From contig JBOFUV010000052.1 of assembly GCA_051652765.1 (NCBI GenBank), forward strand, positions 1-64,000: a DNA stretch of 64,000 nt, read 5' to 3'. This document shows, piece after piece, positions 59,501 to 64,000 of the stretch. Origin of the DNA: Microcoleaceae cyanobacterium (GTDB lineage: Bacteria; Cyanobacteriota; Cyanobacteriia; Cyanobacteriales; Microcoleaceae). The notes beneath the pieces are model-generated. The model was not told where the DNA came from and searched no databases. It was given only the letters and a program-made list of their open reading frames with translations. The stretch's first letter is position 1; each line of letters begins with the position of its first letter. Both the position numbers and the translations under genes were made by a program.

Positions 59501-61090
59501 TCAATTTAGTTGTACCACAGGTTGCTCCTGAAATAACGTTTCATGGGTTAACAAATCTTCGACAGTAATTTTGAGAAATCGCTGCTGATCTACAGTGAAT
59601 AGAACCTTCACGCGATCGCGCCCTGGACTTCCGGGTGGCGTTAATTGAGCAATGCTGCGTCCTGCATCAGTATCGTTCAAGGTCTGAACAACGGTTTGAC
59701 CTTGGGCCAGATTGCGAGTAATCAGGCGATCACCCTCAAAATAGACCTCTGTGCCTCCCACCTCCGCCCCTAATTCCCCAATAATCAGTTCAATGCTGGG
59801 CTGATTTTCCCGCGATGCACCCAACACAATTTCAGTTGGGTCAGTCATTGGATAGGGTTGACCTGATTTAACAATCGGATGCCAACTGTGACAATTGTCC
59901 CGCCGATTCCAGTAACGAATACCATAACTGTGGTACAGAAAATCTTGAATTTGTGTCCCCAAACTCAGTTGAAGTGCGCCATGGGAAATCGCCTCAAAGG
60001 GTTTTTCACACCGAATTTTACTCGCATCAAAATATTGGTTGATCCAGGTTTGAACGGCTGGAATTTGTACGGTTCCGCCAACGAGTAAGACTGCGTTAAT
60101 ATCAGCGACTTCAATGCCTTGACGACGGGCTTGCTGCAGCACTTGATCCATAGCAGTATCCAACCGCTCAAAAAATTGATGTTGGTTGAGAATGGCTTCA
60201 AATTGAGGTCGAGTTAACTCCAATTCATAACTCTCTAAAGTTTCATCATTAAAATAAACTTCTGTGGCTTTAGGGTAACGGGATAATTGAATTTTGAGTC
60301 GTTCCGCCAGACGAGTCGTTAAAACAGTCTTGGGTAATCCCTGGGTTTCAACAAAGTAATCTACTAGCCAATGATCCAGATCTGAACCTCCTAAATTTTG
60401 TCCTGCTTTTGCCAGAACCCGTGCTGTTTTTGGCTGTTGTCCAGAAGACTCAGCAAAGGATTTTTGTCCCCATTGCAAAATAAATCCAACCGGGGCGGTT
60501 TTCCCCGCATCTAGTCGAACCAAGGATAAGTCGAGGGTTCCTCCCCCAAAATCAATTACCAACAACAGTTCCTGATCTGCCAATCCATAGCCCAATGCTG
60601 CCGCTGTGGGTTCATCCAGTATCCGCACTTGGTCTACCTCTAAAAATTGACAGACCGATCCAAGCCAATTGCGATAGGTTTCAAAACTATCGACTGGAAC
60701 CGTAAAAATTAAGGAATCTACAGGCAAAGGTACTGTCCGAACTGCGTTGACTACCTGGGTCAGAAACCACTGCCCAACTTGTTCAAAGCTGACTATTTGA
60801 CCATCTAGTTCTGGCAAAAACCCTTGGATGTTTGTCCCAATTCCCCGTTTGAAGTTGCGAAAAAATCGTGGATCACCACTCGCATCGTAGCCTTTGTCTC
60901 TGACCTGCTGACCTGAAATGATCTGGTTTTCAACAGCACTTTCAACGTAGACCAGACTTGGAATCAAGGCAGGATTCTGGGCTGAACTCAGGGATAATCC
61001 TGGAAGTTTCAGGGTTTCAGCTTGTTGGGTTGCAGGATTCCACCGGGCAATAACAGTGTTACTCGTGCCAAAATCAATTGCGATCGCCAT
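59501..61090 (-). CDS. Hsp70/DnaK-like protein (atypical, no C-terminal lid)
   Basis: 'AIDFGTSNT', 'EPTAAALGYG', 'IDFGGGTLD', 'LGGSDLD', 'LLVGG'. Confidence 0.9.
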   Translation of the reverse strand: MAIAIDFGTSNTVIARWNPATQQAETLKLPGLSLSSAQNPALIPSLVYVESAVENQIISGQQVRDKGYDASGDPRFFRNFKRGIGTNIQGFLPELDGQIVSFEQVGQWFLTQVVNAVRTVPLPVDSLIFTVPVDSFETYRNWLGSVCQFLEVDQVRILDEPTAAALGYGLADQELLLVIDFGGGTLDLSLVRLDAGKTAPVGFILQWGQKSFAESSGQQPKTARVLAKAGQNLGGSDLDHWLVDYFVETQGLPKTVLTTRLAERLKIQLSRYPKATEVYFNDETLESYELELTRPQFEAILNQHQFFERLDTAMDQVLQQARRQGIEVADINAVLLVGGTVQIPAVQTWINQYFDASKIRCEKPFEAISHGALQLSLGTQIQDFLYHSYGIRYWNRRDNCHSWHPIVKSGQPYPMTDPTEIVLGASRENQPSIELIIGELGAEVGGTEVYFEGDRLITRNLAQGQTVVQTLNDTDAGRSIAQLTPPGSPGRDRVKVLFTVDQQRFLKITVEDLLTHETLFQEQPVVQLN

Positions 61091-61312
61091 TCAATCTATT
61101 CTCAGGATTAAGGTTAAAGGGTTCAATCAGAGTCTATGGGTTGGACGAATTGCCAAATCTTTAAACATTAGTGTACCGTAGGATTCGATACAGGGTGAGT
61201 TCGCAAAAGGCGGTTTCCCACGCTCTCAGGAAGTCACCTTCACGTTAATGTAGAAGTAAGTGATGTTAACACTCCGCTTATCACATTCTGTCAACAATAC
61301 TCCATCACCTTC

Positions 61313-62551
61313 ATGAACGTTAGTCTCCTGCCCCTGCTGAACGATCCCAACCTAGATGCGACTCAAAGCAATAGCCAACGGCAACTTTCTATTTCAGTAT
61401 CCGCTGTTGCTAATCCTTTGGAACGCAATGTTCCCTTGAATCTATGTTTGATTCTTGATCATAGTGGCTCGATGAATGGCAAACCTTTAGAAACGGTGAA
61501 ACAGGCAGCGGGGGAATTGGTTGATCGACTCAGTTCTGGCGATCGCCTTTCAATCGTCACATTTGATCACCGGGCAAAGGTGTTGATTTCCAATCAAGAA
61601 ATCGATGATCCAGAGCGAATTAAGCAGCAGATTAATAAACTTAGAACTTCTGGCGGTACTGCTATTGATGAAGGCTTAAAGCTGGGAATTGAGGAACTGA
61701 ATAAGGGCAAGCAAGAACGAATTTCCCAGGCATTTCTGCTCACCGATGGTGAGAATGAACATGGGGACAACAATCGTTGCCTAAAGTTAGCTCAACTTGC
61801 CGCAGAGTACAACTTAACGGTCAGCACTTTAGGGTTTGGGGATGACTGGAATCAGGATGTCCTCGAAAAAATTGCCGATCAAGCAGGCGGTTCCCTTGCA
61901 TATATCGAATATCCTGAGCAGGCAATTGATGAGTTTAATCGGTTGTTTAATCGGATGCAATCTGTGGGATTAACCAATGCTTACTTACAGTTTTCTTTAA
62001 TGCCAAAAATCAGATTGGCAGAACTCAAACCCATTGCCCAAGTTTCCCCAGATACCATTGAATTACCTGTGCAACCTGAAGGAGAGCAATTTGTAGTTCG
62101 GTTGGGAGATCTAATGCGAGACATGGAACGGGTGGTGCTGGCAAACCTCTACATTGGACAGCTCTCTCCGGGTCAGCAAGCGATCGCCAAATTGCAAGTC
62201 CGTTACGACGATCCCGCCCTCGGATTACAGGGAGTCCTGTCTGATCCGGTATTAGTCGAAGCAAAGGTGATTCAGGACTATCGACCCAGTCAAAATCCTC
62301 AAGTTCAGCCCCATATTCTAGCCCTGGCAAAATATCGGCAAACTCAAATTGCAGAAACAAAGCTCCAACAAGGCGATCGCGCTGGTGCGGCCACAATGCT
62401 GCAAACGGCGGCAAAAACAGCACTACAAATGGGCGATCAAGGCGCTGCAACCGTACTACAAACAAGCGCTACTCGTCTGCAATCAGGGGAAGAATTATCC
62501 GAGAGCGATCGCAAAAAAACCCGCATTGTTTCTAAGACTATTCTGAAGTAG
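61313..62551 (+). CDS. von Willebrand factor A domain protein (YfbK-like)
   Basis: MIDAS 'LDHSGSM', 'GGT', 'LLTDGE'. Confidence 0.9.
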   Translation: MNVSLLPLLNDPNLDATQSNSQRQLSISVSAVANPLERNVPLNLCLILDHSGSMNGKPLETVKQAAGELVDRLSSGDRLSIVTFDHRAKVLISNQEIDDPERIKQQINKLRTSGGTAIDEGLKLGIEELNKGKQERISQAFLLTDGENEHGDNNRCLKLAQLAAEYNLTVSTLGFGDDWNQDVLEKIADQAGGSLAYIEYPEQAIDEFNRLFNRMQSVGLTNAYLQFSLMPKIRLAELKPIAQVSPDTIELPVQPEGEQFVVRLGDLMRDMERVVLANLYIGQLSPGQQAIAKLQVRYDDPALGLQGVLSDPVLVEAKVIQDYRPSQNPQVQPHILALAKYRQTQIAETKLQQGDRAGAATMLQTAAKTALQMGDQGAATVLQTSATRLQSGEELSESDRKKTRIVSKTILK

Positions 62552-63073
62552 TTCAAAGTTAGGGATTGAGAATTAGGGGCTGTTATGATCATCCGATCAA
62601 GGCTTTGCAAGACTTTTGTAGAAGAAGGGATTCAGGGATGAGGGGTAAAGATGTATGCGTCAATTGGCTTTCTGATTCTCTACTCCCTATCTTTTTGGCA
62701 GTCTACTCATCTAAGAATTGCTAATTTTCACAGATCAAAGGTTAATGATAGGTTAACAATGAGTTAATTTTATAACGAGGTTAAATACTGAATTTTTGAG
62801 TTGGCAACTTAAGTTCAAATACTCAGCTTATTTTTAAAGCAATTAAGGTAATAGTTAAATTTATTAGTTCTGTCTCTTGAACAAGATTTCTCCGCTAAAA
62901 TTGAGATGCATCGGTTCATATAATAGTGTTGGCTTGTCAAAGAGTGCTGATACTTACAGCAATTCTTTTGAAGAGCTATCAGGGTGGAATCTACTTTCTC
63001 AAAGTACTTGGAGTTATCCAAGCAATTGCTTTGCGTGAATGTTGATGTAAGTTACCCTTGATCTACCCATTTT

Positions 63074-64000
63074 ATGCTGAATCTCGATCAGTTCCCTAAC
63101 ACTTCGAACTTACCAAATTCCCGACCTACGCCCCAGAATTTACATCTTGAATCAGCCTTACAGGATTTATCTCTCTATGATTATCAAGTGGATGCCGAGC
63201 AACCTGGCTTGGTTTTAGCGCAGCTTTTTGAGTTGAGTCCCTCCGCCCCAGGAGCAGTCCTGATGAACCAAGGGGAGTTTCTGGGAATGATCTCTCAACG
63301 TCGCTTTTTAGAACGATTAAGTCGCCCCTATGGACGAGAAGTTTTTTTAAAGCGATCGCTGCATATTCTCTATCAGTTTGCCCAGGCAGATTTACTGATT
63401 TTACCGGGAACAATCTTAGTTGTTACCGCAGCCGAGCGAGTCATTCAGCGACCCATTTCAGCTTTGTCTGAACCTATTGTTGTTCAACTTTCAGATCACG
63501 ATTATCGACTGATTGACGCACAGCAAGTGCTCATTGCCCAGTCCTGTATTCACCAACTGGCGACTGAACTTCTGCGTCAACATACTCAAGCTCAACTGAT
63601 TCAATCTGAGAAATTAGCAACATTAGGTCAGCTCTTAGCAGGAGTTGCCCATGATATTAGAAACCCGGTGTCTTGTATTGCAGGAAATGCAACTTGCTTA
63701 ACCAATTATTGCAAAGACTTAGTCGGTCTAACCCAAGTTTATGAAACCGCACACTCTGAAATTAACGACCAGGTATTAGAATACAAGGAAGAGATCGAGT
63801 TTGACTTACTCAAGCAGGACTTGCCCGAGGTCTTAAAGAGTATTAATGTCTCAGTTTCTCGGCTCAATCATTTGGTTGAAAGCTTACGGGTTTTCTCTCG
63901 GCCAGATACCCTCAAACGAGAGCGTACCGATATTCATGAATGTTTAGACAATACGCTGCTGATTTTACAGAATCGTCTCAAAGACAGAGTCAAGATCAAT
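63074..64000 (+). CDS. sensor histidine kinase with CBS-like N-terminus, 3' truncated by window edge
   Basis: Manual translation from ATG 63074: 'GMISQRRFLERLSRPYGREVFL' then 'QLIQSEKLATLGQLLAGVAHDIRNPV'; missing from the ORF track because it runs off the end. Confidence 0.88.
   Translation, partial: MLNLDQFPNTSNLPNSRPTPQNLHLESALQDLSLYDYQVDAEQPGLVLAQLFELSPSAPGAVLMNQGEFLGMISQRRFLERLSRPYGREVFLKRSLHILYQFAQADLLILPGTILVVTAAERVIQRPISALSEPIVVQLSDHDYRLIDAQQVLIAQSCIHQLATELLRQHTQAQLIQSEKLATLGQLLAGVAHDIRNPVSCIAGNATCLTNYCKDLVGLTQVYETAHSEINDQVLEYKEEIEFDLLKQDLPEVLKSINVSVSRLNHLVESLRVFSRPDTLKRERTDIHECLDNTLLILQNRLKDRVKIN

Noticed and set aside
61190..61245. Glycine riboswitch (CTCTCAGG motif)
   Set aside because: Lacks the GGAGA and CCGAAG core elements, and the downstream gene is unrelated to glycine metabolism
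63126..63413. 95-aa minus-strand ORF and the many other short ORFs overlapping long genes
   Set aside because: Shadow ORFs antisense or out of frame to well-supported CDSs (here the histidine kinase), with no motifs

Overview
This is a chromosomal window from a filamentous-type cyanobacterium, judged from abundant HIP1 GCGATCGC sites, cphA, ndhR and DUF3038/DUF4335. It is mostly core and household genes: hom, hemW, ssb, mutS2, cphA, hisC, hemC, dnaX, yidD, queC, aspC, pyrG and tRNA-Cys, plus two ABC exporters, a three-gene phosphorelay cluster and a truncated sensor kinase at the right edge. I saw no intact mobile element, prophage or CRISPR array. The best candidate for an undescribed system is at 33014-37121 (-). 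A 131-aa soluble protein lies upstream of a ~1200-aa membrane protein built as PstS-like sensor domain / TM / 3x DUF4912 / a C-terminal copy of that same small domain (~53% identical by hand alignment). The shared domain has LecA/PA-IL lectin-like sequence motifs. Other oddities are a plasmid-type ParA + ribbon-helix-helix cassette with a candidate operator, a divergent RNA polymerase omega homolog, a SWIM-like insertion in a HelY helicase, an IS605-like end relic fused to an RTX fragment, and many locus-specific 10-15 bp tandem duplications at gene boundaries. All calls come from reading motifs by eye; no searches were run.
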